From positions 33,393 to 97,392 of the forward strand of contig CAYTED010000003.1 in the NCBI GenBank assembly GCA_964436855.1: DNA of 64,000 bases, written 5' to 3'. The DNA is from an uncultured Bdellovibrionales bacterium. Its GTDB lineage: Bacteria > Patescibacteriota > Minisyncoccia > Moranbacterales > UBA1568. Shown here in pieces: positions 39,191 through 49,332 of the stretch (its first letter is position 1; each line of letters begins with the position of its first letter). The translations under genes were made by a program, and so were the position numbers. The notes below the pieces were generated by a model. The model was given only the letters and a program-made list of their open reading frames with translations. It was not told the origin of the DNA and did no database searches.

Positions 39191-40333
39191 ATGAAAACAT
39201 TTTTTTTCATTTCCCTTTCGATTTTTCTTGTCGTGCTTGTTTTTTTTGGGGCATATAATTTTCTCTATCGGAACAATCCACTCGATCCGACTGTCCCCGG
39301 AAGCGATATCACCAGTTTTTCTTCGGATAATAAAGCTCCGAAAGAACCTGCCACGCAGTCGAAAATAGAACTCATCATCAATGAAAAAAGCGTCGGGCAA
39401 ACCCTTGCCGATACCGGCCGCCTTTTTTATTTCACCACCACCGGAAAGACCCTCAAATCCCTCTCTCTCGAAACAAAGGAATCGGAAACCCTGATCGACT
39501 CCCTCCCCGGAACACCGATCGAGGCAATATGGGCGAAAGGAAAAGATAAAGCCCTTCTTCTTCTTGAAAATTCCGGATCTCTTCGGTGGCATCTCGTCCG
39601 ACTCGATGACCGGTCGGTACTTCCTCTCAAAGAAAACCTGAAGTATCCCGCCTTTTCCAATCTCGGTGATCGAATTTTCTATCAATTCAACGATCCAAAA
39701 ACGGGAGATGTAACACTCAATACAGCCAACCCGGATGGCAGCAACTGGAAGACCCTCGTCGATATTCCAACCAAAAACATTTTCATCGCCGCTATCCCAA
39801 AAAGCGTGGATGTTTCGATTTGGAATCGGCCGAACGGGAATGAAACGAGTTACTTTCAAGGTATCCCCGGAGGAGGAGGCGAACTAAAAAACATCCTCAC
39901 CGGAAAATATGGCGGCGATTACCTCTGGTCTCCCAATGGGGGCAAGGCTCTCATAAGCTCCCTGAAAGAAAAAGGCGGATCAAAGATTTTCCTCTCGACT
40001 ATCAATCGAAACGGGGGGGAATTCACCAATCTCGATGTCCGAACACTCGTTTCGAAAGCAACTTGGTCAAAAGATGAAAAGACTGTCTACTATGCACTCC
40101 CCGGATCGCTTCCGGATAACATCACTCTTCCAAATGATTATTTTTCTCAAAAACTCGAAACAACCGACACGTTCTGGAAGGTAAACATTGAAACCGGTGA
40201 AAAGAGTCGTCTTGTTGAAATAAGCGATATCGGATTCGAATTCGACAGCACCAATCTTTTTCTTTCAGAAAGGGAAGACATCCTCTACTTTCTCAATCGA
40301 CGCGACGGAAAAACCTATGCGATCGAACTTTAG
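39191..40333 (+). CDS. Membrane-anchored beta-propeller (TolB/PD40-like) protein
   Basis: N-terminal TM anchor; repeated beta-strand-rich segments with WxxxG/DG turns resembling TolB-type propellers. Confidence 0.45.
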   Translation: MKTFFFISLSIFLVVLVFFGAYNFLYRNNPLDPTVPGSDITSFSSDNKAPKEPATQSKIELIINEKSVGQTLADTGRLFYFTTTGKTLKSLSLETKESETLIDSLPGTPIEAIWAKGKDKALLLLENSGSLRWHLVRLDDRSVLPLKENLKYPAFSNLGDRIFYQFNDPKTGDVTLNTANPDGSNWKTLVDIPTKNIFIAAIPKSVDVSIWNRPNGNETSYFQGIPGGGGELKNILTGKYGGDYLWSPNGGKALISSLKEKGGSKIFLSTINRNGGEFTNLDVRTLVSKATWSKDEKTVYYALPGSLPDNITLPNDYFSQKLETTDTFWKVNIETGEKSRLVEISDIGFEFDSTNLFLSEREDILYFLNRRDGKTYAIEL

Positions 40334-41556
40334 TTTTTCTTCCTGAAAAGAAAAATTCCAAGCATTCCAAACCAAAAAGTAAAGGCGAGATTGTTCCGAT
40401 AGATCGGAGTATCCACCATTCCCGAAAACAAAAGAAAGATTCCAAATCCCAAACAAACGAGAAAAAAAGCTTCATTCTCGTTTTTTTGTTCCCCCTCTAG
40501 AAAGAAGCCTTCCTTTAGAACGACAAGAAAAAGAAGTGCGATGCCAAGAAATCCTCCAATCCCAGCATCGAGCCACAGCGTAAGAAAAATGTTATGCGGG
40601 TGTGGCGCTGACCATTCGAGATACGGCGGGAAAAACCTCTGATACTCGAGATATTTCTCCGGAAAATTCCCCTGTCCAATACCGAAAATCGGATGGTCCG
40701 AGAGAATTTTTGCTGCCGATCGCCAGATCATCTCCCGAGAAGCGACCGATGACCGCCTGTCTCCGGAAACCAGACTTTGCCATTTTTCACTCCCTCCCTC
40801 AACAAAGAAAACCGTCACAAGAAAACAGATCAGTATAATGTAAAAAGCAATCGTCCTTTCTTTTGAAAGCTCTGAAGCAACATACCTCCTCAAAAGAATC
40901 CCCATTGCTCCAGCCGCCACTCCGATTATCGCCGCGTATGAGTGCGTGAGAAAAATCGTTCCCCCGAGAAAGAAGAGTGCCATCCCCAACAACAAAGAAT
41001 TCTTTTTCTGGAAAAACAGATTTCCCGCGAAAAAGAGGGGGAGTACAAGCGAAAAAGCAAGCTGATTCGGTGAATCGAACCCTCCGCGCAATCGACCGTC
41101 ATACGTTATCGCCGTATCGGAAAAAGCAATAGCCAGAAATGTTTGAAACGAGAAGAGGAGTCCGGAAAAAACAAAAGAAAGCGCCACATCGTTCATTCGC
41201 ATATTCCCTTTATAAAACCAAACGGAGAGGAGGAACACATACAAAATCGGGAATACATACCAACTTTTCAATTCGCCGTATGCAGACACCAGAATACCAT
41301 TTACGAGCGCGCTTACAAACCAACCAAGAAAGAGGAGGACAATCGACGCTCTGACAAGAAACGGAAGGAAAAGAAAGGTGCTCCACAAACCGGAAAAACC
41401 CGCCCGTCCCTCCGATACAAGAAAAAGAACGAGCGCAACAATGATCGCCATTTCCGGAATATACAGAGGCACGCCCGCAATCACCGCTCGTTCGGTGGAA
41501 AACGGGAGAAGTATCGGAAGAGAAAGAAGTATTCCGGTTATGATGGCTTTTTGCAT
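40330..41556 (-). CDS. O-antigen ligase (Wzy_C) family membrane protein
   Basis: ~11 TM helices; periplasmic loop FGIGQGNF...SAPHPHNIFLTLWLDAGIGG characteristic of WaaL/O-antigen ligase family. Confidence 0.75.
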   Translation of the reverse strand: MQKAIITGILLSLPILLPFSTERAVIAGVPLYIPEMAIIVALVLFLVSEGRAGFSGLWSTFLFLPFLVRASIVLLFLGWFVSALVNGILVSAYGELKSWYVFPILYVFLLSVWFYKGNMRMNDVALSFVFSGLLFSFQTFLAIAFSDTAITYDGRLRGGFDSPNQLAFSLVLPLFFAGNLFFQKKNSLLLGMALFFLGGTIFLTHSYAAIIGVAAGAMGILLRRYVASELSKERTIAFYIILICFLVTVFFVEGGSEKWQSLVSGDRRSSVASREMIWRSAAKILSDHPIFGIGQGNFPEKYLEYQRFFPPYLEWSAPHPHNIFLTLWLDAGIGGFLGIALLFLVVLKEGFFLEGEQKNENEAFFLVCLGFGIFLLFSGMVDTPIYRNNLAFTFWFGMLGIFLFRKKN

Positions 41557-42875
41557 AGAGATTCTTTCATTGCAACAAGAAAAAGAAGTATCGGGAGAAT
41601 ATGTACCGAAAAAAGCGCGCTATCGACTAAGGAATGAACGAAAAAAACGATACTTGCCGAAGCAATCCCCGCAAAGAGAGGGGTTCTCAACTCCTCGCCG
41701 GAGAATCGACTGGCGAACAATCCGAGAAAAAACAAAAGTCCGAATACTCCGATTTCCGCCCAAAGATCGAGATAGAGATTGTGTGCATAAAACGGGTCCC
41801 GATACGAAGCGCTCGGAAATACGGAGAGCGGGTAATTCCCGAGACCAACACCAAAAAAAGGATTTTCGGAAATAATCCCCGCGACTTCTTTCCAAATACC
41901 GATCCTCGCCGCATTTGAACCTTCTTCGAAAGAAAATACCGAAAGAAAGCGCTCGCGAATCACACCGCCGCCAAAGAAAAGAATCGCAAGAAATACCAGA
42001 ACCGCCGCGCCTTTTTTCACAGAAAATACGTCTTTCAAAAAATGCCGCCGCGCCATCGATGTCGCACAAAAGAATATTCCTCCCACCAAAAGCGCAAGAT
42101 ACCCGCCGCGAGAAAACGAAAAGAGAACCGCGGAAAAAAGAAGTATAGCGATGGAAAGAAATACAGTCTTTTTCTCGGAGAAAAAAATACCCAGCGAGAG
42201 AAATCCGGTTATCCCGAAAAAAAGTGCGGCGATGTGCGGATCGGGGAATAATCCGACCGCGCGAAGTATCGGTTTGCCAAGTATTTCCACAAAAAGACTC
42301 GGGTGTTCGGCAACCGATCTTGCAAAGCTCTCCCCAAGCCATATTGGGTATACCTCTTCCACAAGCACCCGGAAAACTCGTTCGGCAGAAAAGAAAAACT
42401 GCGCAAAAAACTGGAGAAGCGCGGCCCCGCCGGCAATTGCCGCTCCGAACACGGTTGGCTTCAGAAGAAATGAAACGCCCTTCCTTGAAAGAACATCGGA
42501 GAAAACGAAGAGAAGCGGGAACAAGCTCGCAAGAAACGCCCATTTTCGAAGAGTCCACATTGGTTCTTCACTCCAAAAAACCGAGAGAAGAGCGATACCA
42601 AGAAATCCCGACCAGAAAAAAAGAATTTTCGGACCTGGAAGCGATACCTCACCGCGCGCAAGCGATCGAATGAGCCACCATACAAAAATCCCGGCTGCCG
42701 CCACTCTCGCGAGAGAAAGATCCACCCCTTCCGATGGATTGAGGGCGAATTGAAATGGAAGCGCGAAAAGAAATATGGCGACGCATCGATCAAGCATAGA
42801 GATTTCGAAGTATGGAAAAAATGAGTGCCGAAATTCGGTGTCCGTTTTTACAATAAAACCGCTCTTGCGATTCAT
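41538..42875 (-). CDS. O-antigen ligase (Wzy_C) family membrane protein, second paralog
   Basis: FGVGLGNYPL...FYAHNLYLDLWAEIGVFG loop; polytopic membrane protein. Confidence 0.75.
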   Translation of the reverse strand: MNRKSGFIVKTDTEFRHSFFPYFEISMLDRCVAIFLFALPFQFALNPSEGVDLSLARVAAAGIFVWWLIRSLARGEVSLPGPKILFFWSGFLGIALLSVFWSEEPMWTLRKWAFLASLFPLLFVFSDVLSRKGVSFLLKPTVFGAAIAGGAALLQFFAQFFFSAERVFRVLVEEVYPIWLGESFARSVAEHPSLFVEILGKPILRAVGLFPDPHIAALFFGITGFLSLGIFFSEKKTVFLSIAILLFSAVLFSFSRGGYLALLVGGIFFCATSMARRHFLKDVFSVKKGAAVLVFLAILFFGGGVIRERFLSVFSFEEGSNAARIGIWKEVAGIISENPFFGVGLGNYPLSVFPSASYRDPFYAHNLYLDLWAEIGVFGLLFFLGLFASRFSGEELRTPLFAGIASASIVFFVHSLVDSALFSVHILPILLFLVAMKESLCKKPS

Positions 42876-43551
42876 AGTACCGGAATTTTTGTTCCCTTCT
42901 CTTTGAAAAACTCTCTCCTCCGCGGTGTTTTACCCGAAAACAATCGATTCGATCTATTTTTTTTCCGAAACGAGTCGCGCGCGCACAATAGTCCATATCC
43001 TCAAAATAGAGAAAAAATCGTTCATCGAAACCGGAGAGCGATTCAAATACGACTCTTGGCGTAAAGAGTGCCCCGCCGCTTACCCATTCAATCCGATGTG
43101 CCTGTCGATTTGAAAAAAACGGGAGTTTCGCCAAAATCGACCGCAGGAGCGACGCCCGCCTCCCGAAGCTCCCTTTTTCTTCGGTACCTTTTTCTGAAAT
43201 AAGAATCGCGCCAAGCGCACCGATATGTTTTTCTTTCAAACAAAACTCCAGCATATGGGGAAAATCCCCGGAAAGAATTTCGGTATCCGGATTGAGAAAA
43301 AAAAGAATATCTCCGCGAGCGATTTTTGCGCCGATATTCGCCCCCGCCGCAAATCCGACATTTTGAGAATGAAAAAGAATGAGAGAATGATGCGCTGAAA
43401 GCCGCTCCAAAATCAATCGTTCCGATGGATCGTTGTTGACAACAATAATCTCAGCGGGAACGCCATTCAGAGAAGCAGCGAGAGAGCGAATCGAGAGGGA
43501 AAGCACGCGGGCGCTCCTATAATTCACGTAAATGATTGAGAGGAGGGGCAT
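42790..43551 (-). CDS. Glycosyltransferase family 2
   Basis: LSIIYVNYRS...IIVVNNDPS...VGFAAGANIG...FLNPDT GT2 signature. Confidence 0.8.
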   Translation of the reverse strand: MPLLSIIYVNYRSARVLSLSIRSLAASLNGVPAEIIVVNNDPSERLILERLSAHHSLILFHSQNVGFAAGANIGAKIARGDILFFLNPDTEILSGDFPHMLEFCLKEKHIGALGAILISEKGTEEKGSFGRRASLLRSILAKLPFFSNRQAHRIEWVSGGALFTPRVVFESLSGFDERFFLYFEDMDYCARATRFGKKIDRIDCFRVKHRGGESFSKRREQKFRYYESQERFYCKNGHRISALIFSILRNLYA

Positions 43552-44401
43552 TCTCCCGAGATCGGCGCTCATACGCTTCAAATGCATGGGAAACCTGGAA
43601 CGCCTCCTTTTTCCGTGTCCCGAAAAACCAAATGATGGCTTTATTATAACGTTTTCTTAAGAAATAAGACATCCGGAACCAAATCCTCGCCCAGCCCTTC
43701 GAGTGTTTTTCAAAAAAGAGAAGCCCCGAAAGCACTAAATAAAAGATTTTTTTCGGGTTTCTCACGCTTACTTCCCGATGGAAAACCTTTGATTTTAGCT
43801 CTACAAAAAGCTTCCATCCGCCTTTTTTCAGACGGACCGACAAATCGGCATCTTCGTAATAGAGAAAAAACCGCTCATCAAACAGCCCTTCCTGCTCGAT
43901 CGCCTTTTTCCGTATAAAAAATGCGCAACCGGTCAGGTACCCCGTCTCGAAAGCATCTTTTTGAGACAACTCTCTTTGATGCATTGTCCGTATTCGAACA
44001 AAATCGATGCTTCCGCCGGCAAACCACACCTTTCCTTCCGGGAAAAGAATTATCGGGCTTGCGGCGCCGATTTTCGGGTATTTTTCAAGAAGCTCGACAA
44101 GATGCGTGAGCGAATCCGGGGCAACCGTTGCATCGTTATTGAGAAGCCAAAAAAAATCCGCACCACTTTCTTGCGCAGCGCGAATGCCCACATTCATTCC
44201 TCCGGCGAACCCGAGGTTTTGATCATTTTTGATCGTACGAACACCCGGAAATTTTTCAGTTATGCGAAAAGAATCATCGGCCGAATTATTGTCCACAACA
44301 AAAACCTCCCGATCCGTATATTTCAGAGAAAAAACGGATTGCAGGCACTGGCGTAAGCAATCCGCGCCATTGTAATTAAGAATAATAATAGCGACTTTCA
44401 T
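43517..44401 (-). CDS. Glycosyltransferase family 2
   Basis: VAIIILNYNGADCL...FVVDNNSADDS...LGFAGGMNVG GT2 signature. Confidence 0.8.
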   Translation of the reverse strand: MKVAIIILNYNGADCLRQCLQSVFSLKYTDREVFVVDNNSADDSFRITEKFPGVRTIKNDQNLGFAGGMNVGIRAAQESGADFFWLLNNDATVAPDSLTHLVELLEKYPKIGAASPIILFPEGKVWFAGGSIDFVRIRTMHQRELSQKDAFETGYLTGCAFFIRKKAIEQEGLFDERFFLYYEDADLSVRLKKGGWKLFVELKSKVFHREVSVRNPKKIFYLVLSGLLFFEKHSKGWARIWFRMSYFLRKRYNKAIIWFFGTRKKEAFQVSHAFEAYERRSRENAPPLNHLREL

Positions 44402-44416
44402 CCCCTCGAAATTCAA

Positions 44417-45883
44417 TCATTCTATATGCATATCCACGCTTGCTGCGGATTCCTTGGCAAGCCTTCTCCCCGAGAGAATAATATCGATCTCGTCGCGAGA
44501 AACTCCTCGGAAAAGCCAGAGGAGGGCAAGGTAGAGGAATACCGCCGCAAATCCAAGCACAAGAAACGGCATTGTTTTGTCAAAAAAGAAGAGAAATACA
44601 CCCATACCGAAGCCCGCGAGAAAAATTCGCCCGATTCCGGAAAATCCCGGAAAAAAAGCCGCGCTTTTCCAAGCAATAGAGGCCGAGAGAACAACAACGA
44701 GCATTTCCGTTAAAAGCGACGCGGTCGCCGACCCCATATAGGAAAACCTTGGAATAAGAAAGAGGTTGATTCCAATGTTGAATACCGCCGCGAGCGAAAG
44801 CGCCCACATTAATTTCTTCTGCGCGTTCGAAACAAGCACGATCATATTGAAATAATGCCCGAAAAAAATGAATGCGAGCGAAAAAACGAGGATTTCCAGA
44901 ACCGGAATCGATGCGACGAAGCTCTCCCCGCTCACAATGCGAATAATATCATCAGCGAGAAACATTGTTCCGACAAGAGTCGGCGTAACAATGATAAAAA
45001 ACACCTTGAAAGTCTTTTTGGCAATCGTTTCAAACTTCGCCCGATCAGATCGAATCGTGTGCGAAAGAAGCGGGATAATAAGCCCCGCGAGCATTGCCGG
45101 AAAAAAAACGAGGTTTTCCATCACTTTGTATGCGACATTGTAAATACCGACATCCGTACTTGATTGAAAAACCGAAAGAAGAATCGTGTCGAATTTGAAG
45201 TAAAGGAAGGTGATAATCGCGGTAATCCCCATCGGATACGATTCCCGAAGAAATTCTTTCCAGTACGAAGTATCAAACCGCAACGCGGCGGACACGTATC
45301 GACGACTCAAGAGAAATACCGTTACCGCATTGAATCCCATCGACACGAGGAGCGACGAAACCACCGCAAGAAATCCCCAGTCCGACATAATGGCAAACGC
45401 CACAAACGATACCTGAAGCACCTTTCCGATAAACTCCACCATCGCAACTCGATGCATCGCAACCCGTTTCTGAAAAACACCATTCAAAACAAGCGACATG
45501 GTCGAAAACACAATGGCGAATGCGCCGATCAAAATTCCCGCCTTCAAATCCTGCGAATAATCAAAAAAAAGAATGATGATCGGCGAAAGAAGAAAGACAC
45601 CGAATGACGAGAGGAGACGAAGCGAAAACACATTTCCAAGAATTTTTTGTTCATTGGCATTTTCGCGCGATATCTCCCGAACAGTAATCATTCCCATTCC
45701 GAGATCGGCCAATGCCGAAAAAAAGGCAAAAAATGCGAGTACGGTGGAATACCGGCCAAACCCCTCCGGCCCGAGATACCCGGTAATAAGCCGAATCGAA
45801 AAAAGCGACAAAAAAACCGTCGATACGACTTTCAGTATCGAGACAATAACCACGTTGTACGCTATTTTCCTCGCCAAAACCAT
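44417..45883 (-). CDS. wzx: Polysaccharide biosynthesis flippase (Wzx, MOP superfamily)
   Basis: 488 aa, ~12-14 TM helices, N-terminal region typical of PST/Wzx flippases. Confidence 0.75.
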   Translation of the reverse strand: MVLARKIAYNVVIVSILKVVSTVFLSLFSIRLITGYLGPEGFGRYSTVLAFFAFFSALADLGMGMITVREISRENANEQKILGNVFSLRLLSSFGVFLLSPIIILFFDYSQDLKAGILIGAFAIVFSTMSLVLNGVFQKRVAMHRVAMVEFIGKVLQVSFVAFAIMSDWGFLAVVSSLLVSMGFNAVTVFLLSRRYVSAALRFDTSYWKEFLRESYPMGITAIITFLYFKFDTILLSVFQSSTDVGIYNVAYKVMENLVFFPAMLAGLIIPLLSHTIRSDRAKFETIAKKTFKVFFIIVTPTLVGTMFLADDIIRIVSGESFVASIPVLEILVFSLAFIFFGHYFNMIVLVSNAQKKLMWALSLAAVFNIGINLFLIPRFSYMGSATASLLTEMLVVVLSASIAWKSAAFFPGFSGIGRIFLAGFGMGVFLFFFDKTMPFLVLGFAAVFLYLALLWLFRGVSRDEIDIILSGRRLAKESAASVDMHIE

Positions 45884-45943
45884 AGCCCTATTGTAAACGA
45901 AAAAAGCCCCCGTGTCTCGGGAGGGATTTTCGGAAAATGTTCT

Positions 45944-46411
45944 TTAAAGAGCGACTTGCGGGGCGGGCTTGATGATGATTTTTCGATCCTCACCTCTTCC
46001 GGAACTTTCCGTAAGGACTTTCCCGCGATTGGCGAGATAGGTATGCACAATTTTCCGCTCATAAGGGAACATCGGGCGAAGGGTGACGGTCCGGCCCGTG
46101 CGAAGCGCCTCTTCTTCGGCCTCCAAGGCCTCGCGCTCGAGAATCGGTTTCTTTTCTTCCAAATAATGATTCACATCAATAAGAAGATCGATGCGTTCCG
46201 AAAGCTTTTGGGAGAGAATCGAACGCGCGATGTATTGAAACGCCGCAAGCGAAACGCCGTGCTGCCCGATAAAAATCTTCGATCCATCCGAAAGGGCAAT
46301 ATCGGCGGAATATGCCGTTTCTCCCGATTTTTGAACGGATACCTCGCCGGAAAATCCCATTCTTTGCAGGAGTTCGGTTATAACTTGTCGCACCATTTCT
46401 TCGTGATTCAT
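45944..46411 (-). CDS. jag: Jag/KhpB-like RNA-binding protein (KH + R3H)
   Basis: Jag_N-like N-terminus, KH and C-terminal R3H (HTYLANRGKVLTESSGRGEDRKIIIKP); conserved position after yidC. Confidence 0.8.
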   Translation of the reverse strand: MNHEEMVRQVITELLQRMGFSGEVSVQKSGETAYSADIALSDGSKIFIGQHGVSLAAFQYIARSILSQKLSERIDLLIDVNHYLEEKKPILEREALEAEEEALRTGRTVTLRPMFPYERKIVHTYLANRGKVLTESSGRGEDRKIIIKPAPQVAL

Positions 46412-46423
46412 ACGTCGTTTCGG

Positions 46424-47197
46424 TTATTTCTTTACTTCTGTATGTTCCGCATGCTTCTCTTTGAAAATAAATTGCTGCTGAATAATAGTGAAAACCGTAG
46501 AAACAAGCCAGTACAGAGAAAGCCCCGCCGGAAACGTAATACCGACAAAAAGCGTCATCCCGGGTCCGAGAATAAGCATTTGCTTATTCATAATAGTCGC
46601 GAAGTCCGGCTTTTCATCCGATTGTTCCTCTTTCTTTTCCTTTTCTTTTCGCGCTTCTGCGGATTTTTTCTGCACATCAAGCATCATCTTGGTCTGATAA
46701 TACTGTGCCGCCGCCGCAAGAATCGCAAAAAGATAGCTCGGTTTCGCAAGATCGGCAATTCCGAAAAAGTGATGCGAGATCTCTCCGGGATGAGAAACAA
46801 AAGAGTAGAGTTGTGCGGCATCGACGGAAAATCCTGCCGCGGAAACGCTGATAATCGCCCGATAAATCGCAATCAGAAAAACGACCTGCACAATAAGCGG
46901 GAGGCACCCGGCAAACGGATTCACCTTATGCTCCTGATAGAGTTCCATAAGGGCTTTCTGTTGCGCCGCTTTGTCATCTTTGTATTTCCGTTGGATTTCC
47001 TTCGTGAGCGGTTGGATTTCCTGCAGCTCCTTTTGCGATTTGATTTGTTTTTTGTAGAGCGGAATAAAGAGGACTCTCAAAAGAAGGGTTGTCGCGATAA
47101 TCGCGAGGCCAAAATCGCTCCCCGGGATGGTATTGTAGAAAAAAATGAGCGAGTTATAAATCGGCTGAGCGACAAGAGTATGGAAAAGTTCAGTCAT
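46424..47197 (-). CDS. yidC: Membrane protein insertase YidC (short, Gram-positive type)
   Basis: 257 aa; conserved NPFAGCLPLIVQ helix and YidC/Oxa1 core. Confidence 0.9.
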   Translation of the reverse strand: MTELFHTLVAQPIYNSLIFFYNTIPGSDFGLAIIATTLLLRVLFIPLYKKQIKSQKELQEIQPLTKEIQRKYKDDKAAQQKALMELYQEHKVNPFAGCLPLIVQVVFLIAIYRAIISVSAAGFSVDAAQLYSFVSHPGEISHHFFGIADLAKPSYLFAILAAAAQYYQTKMMLDVQKKSAEARKEKEKKEEQSDEKPDFATIMNKQMLILGPGMTLFVGITFPAGLSLYWLVSTVFTIIQQQFIFKEKHAEHTEVKK

Positions 47198-47210
47198 AGG
47201 AATAAAAATA

Positions 47211-47558
47211 TTATTTTCGGATTTTTTGGAGGCATCCCGAAAGCGTGCGGGACACTTCTTCCAGTGTAAGCGATTCCGGCCGTTTCGTATAGAAGAAGGC
47301 GTATTCTCCCGCTGGAAAAAGCTTTTTTTTCAGATAATCACGGCTTGCTTCTCGGAGAAGTCTCTTTGCTCGATTTCGTTCCGTCGCTTTGCGAAAGTAT
47401 TTTTTCGATGCGATTACCGCTATTTTTACCTCTTTTCCTTTGTTTTCAGCGGAAAATACCACTTTCCCACCCAGAAAAAGATAAAAAAGGGGCTTTCCTT
47501 CACGAAAAACCCTTTCTATTTCCCCTGTACCGGTCATTCGATTTCCCTTGGGAAGCAT
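47211..47558 (-). CDS. rnpA: Ribonuclease P protein component
   Basis: LPKGNRMTGTGEIERVFREG...ERNRAKRLLREA RnpA signature. Confidence 0.85.
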   Translation of the reverse strand: MLPKGNRMTGTGEIERVFREGKPLFYLFLGGKVVFSAENKGKEVKIAVIASKKYFRKATERNRAKRLLREASRDYLKKKLFPAGEYAFFYTKRPESLTLEEVSRTLSGCLQKIRK

Positions 47559-47564
47559 ATCGCC

Positions 47565-47706
47565 TTTATACTGTCAGTCGCTTGCGCCCTTCACGGCGTC
47601 GCTTTGCAACGACTTTTCTCCCGTTTTTTGTTGACATCCGCTTCAAAAAGCCATGACGTCTTGTTCGGCGGCGTTTTTTCGGCTGATAGGTTCTCTTCGT
47701 GCTCAT
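47565..47706 (-). CDS. rpmH: 50S ribosomal protein L34 (apparent +1 frameshift near C-terminus)
   Basis: Not in the ORF track (<60 aa). The reverse-strand translation [42 protein letters not shown] is canonical L34. The conserved ending RLTV-stop is reached only if one G in AAGGCG is skipped. The in-frame reading instead runs to 47533. Confidence 0.75.
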
Positions 47707-47889
47707 ATCTCTGAAAAGCTTATTACAACACTCAAAAGAATACTTCCTTTTCAGAAAAAAGTCAAACGGTATGCGCTGTATGCCTCGTTATCCACTTATA
47801 CACCGGATATACACCAGCTTCCTCGATACCAATTTCGCTCCGTGATATAATGCTTTCGTTTTCTCTTTATCCCCCGTGAATATTCCCCT
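47707..47889. promoter_or_regulatory. rpmH-dnaA intergenic region: DnaA-box cluster and dnaA promoter (TATAAT at 47845-47850)
   Basis: TTATCCACT (47785-47793), TTATACACC and ATATACACC box-like repeats; GTGATATAATGC -10 element. Confidence 0.55.
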
Positions 47890-49332
47890 ATGACCAATGA
47901 AGAGCTCTGGAAAGCCGCACTTGGACAAATCGAGCTTTCCATTTCCAAGGCAAACTTCATAACGTGGTTTAAAAACACCGCCCTTCTCTCGATTTCCGAT
48001 GGATCGGTTTCTATCGCCGTCCCAAATGGATTCGCAAAAGAATGGCTTGAAAACAAGTACAATCTTTACATTCTTCGAGCGCTTCGGGATATTTCCGGAA
48101 CCGATATCAAAAAAATTCTCTGTATTATACAAGCCGAGCAAGGATCCACTCCTTCGGAACATCGGCCTCGCGGTCCGTTTATCGATGCCGTAAAAGCTCC
48201 GGAAAGGCTTTCTTTCGAACAAAACACGACTTATACACCGTCTTCACACACCCCGTCCGGCTCCTTTCAGCCGATTTCCATTGCAAAAAACGAACCCATT
48301 TACCCGCATCACTCTAATTTGAACCATCGGTATACTTTCGAAAATTTTATCGTTTCGGAGAACAACGAACTCGCCCGAGCGGCCTGTTATGCCGTTTCCC
48401 AAAATCCCGGAACTATCTACAACCCGCTTTTTATTTATGGCGGCGTCGGACTCGGGAAAACCCACCTTCTTCAATCTATCGGAAATGAACTCGTAAAAAA
48501 TCACCCGGAAAAACGCATTAAATACATTACTTCCGAACGATTTACCACCGAACTTGTCGATTCCATTCGCAATCAAACAATTGATAAATTTAAAGAATAC
48601 TACCAACATATCGACCTTCTCATTATCGATGATGTACAGTTTCTTTCCGGCAAAGAAAAGACGCAAAATGAATTTTTCCATATTTTTAATGCGCTCTACC
48701 AACTCAATAAACAAATTGTCATTTCGAGCGATCGACCACCACATGCCATCGCCACTCTTGAAGATCGGCTTCGCTCGCGATTCCAAGGCGGGATGATTAC
48801 TGATATCAGTCGTCCAAATTATGAGACACGAATCGCCATTCTTGAAGCGAAAATGCAAGAAAAAGGCTTTCTTCTCGATCGAGAATCAGTTCATTATATT
48901 TCGGAAAATATCACTCAAAACGTCCGCGAACTTGAGGGGGCGTTGAATCGTATTGTTGCGTACTGTGAATTTCACAAAATCACTCCTTCTCTCTCGGCGA
49001 CCCAAAAAATCCTCTCCCAACTCATTTTTCAAACTAAGAAAAACCTCCAAACCGAAGATATTTTCCGCATTATTACCGAATATTATAAAGTCGAAAAAGA
49101 CGATCTCATTCGAAAAGGACGGAAAAAGGAAATTTCCCATCCGCGACAGGTTGCAATGTACCTGATGCGAAGCGAGCTTCAAACTCCTTTCTCCAGTATT
49201 GGAGAAATTTTCGGCGGTCGAGATCACACCACCGCGCTTCACGCATTTGAAAAAATCCATCAAGACACCCAAGAAAATCAAAAAATAAAAGAGGAGCTCA
49301 ACACCCTAAAAGACCACCTTTATTATTCTTAA
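47890..49332 (+). CDS. dnaA: Chromosomal replication initiator DnaA
   Basis: 480 aa; AAA+ Walker A GGVGLGKTHL, sensor motifs and C-terminal DnaA-box-binding helix-turn-helix. Confidence 0.97.
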   Translation: MTNEELWKAALGQIELSISKANFITWFKNTALLSISDGSVSIAVPNGFAKEWLENKYNLYILRALRDISGTDIKKILCIIQAEQGSTPSEHRPRGPFIDAVKAPERLSFEQNTTYTPSSHTPSGSFQPISIAKNEPIYPHHSNLNHRYTFENFIVSENNELARAACYAVSQNPGTIYNPLFIYGGVGLGKTHLLQSIGNELVKNHPEKRIKYITSERFTTELVDSIRNQTIDKFKEYYQHIDLLIIDDVQFLSGKEKTQNEFFHIFNALYQLNKQIVISSDRPPHAIATLEDRLRSRFQGGMITDISRPNYETRIAILEAKMQEKGFLLDRESVHYISENITQNVRELEGALNRIVAYCEFHKITPSLSATQKILSQLIFQTKKNLQTEDIFRIITEYYKVEKDDLIRKGRKKEISHPRQVAMYLMRSELQTPFSSIGEIFGGRDHTTALHAFEKIHQDTQENQKIKEELNTLKDHLYYS

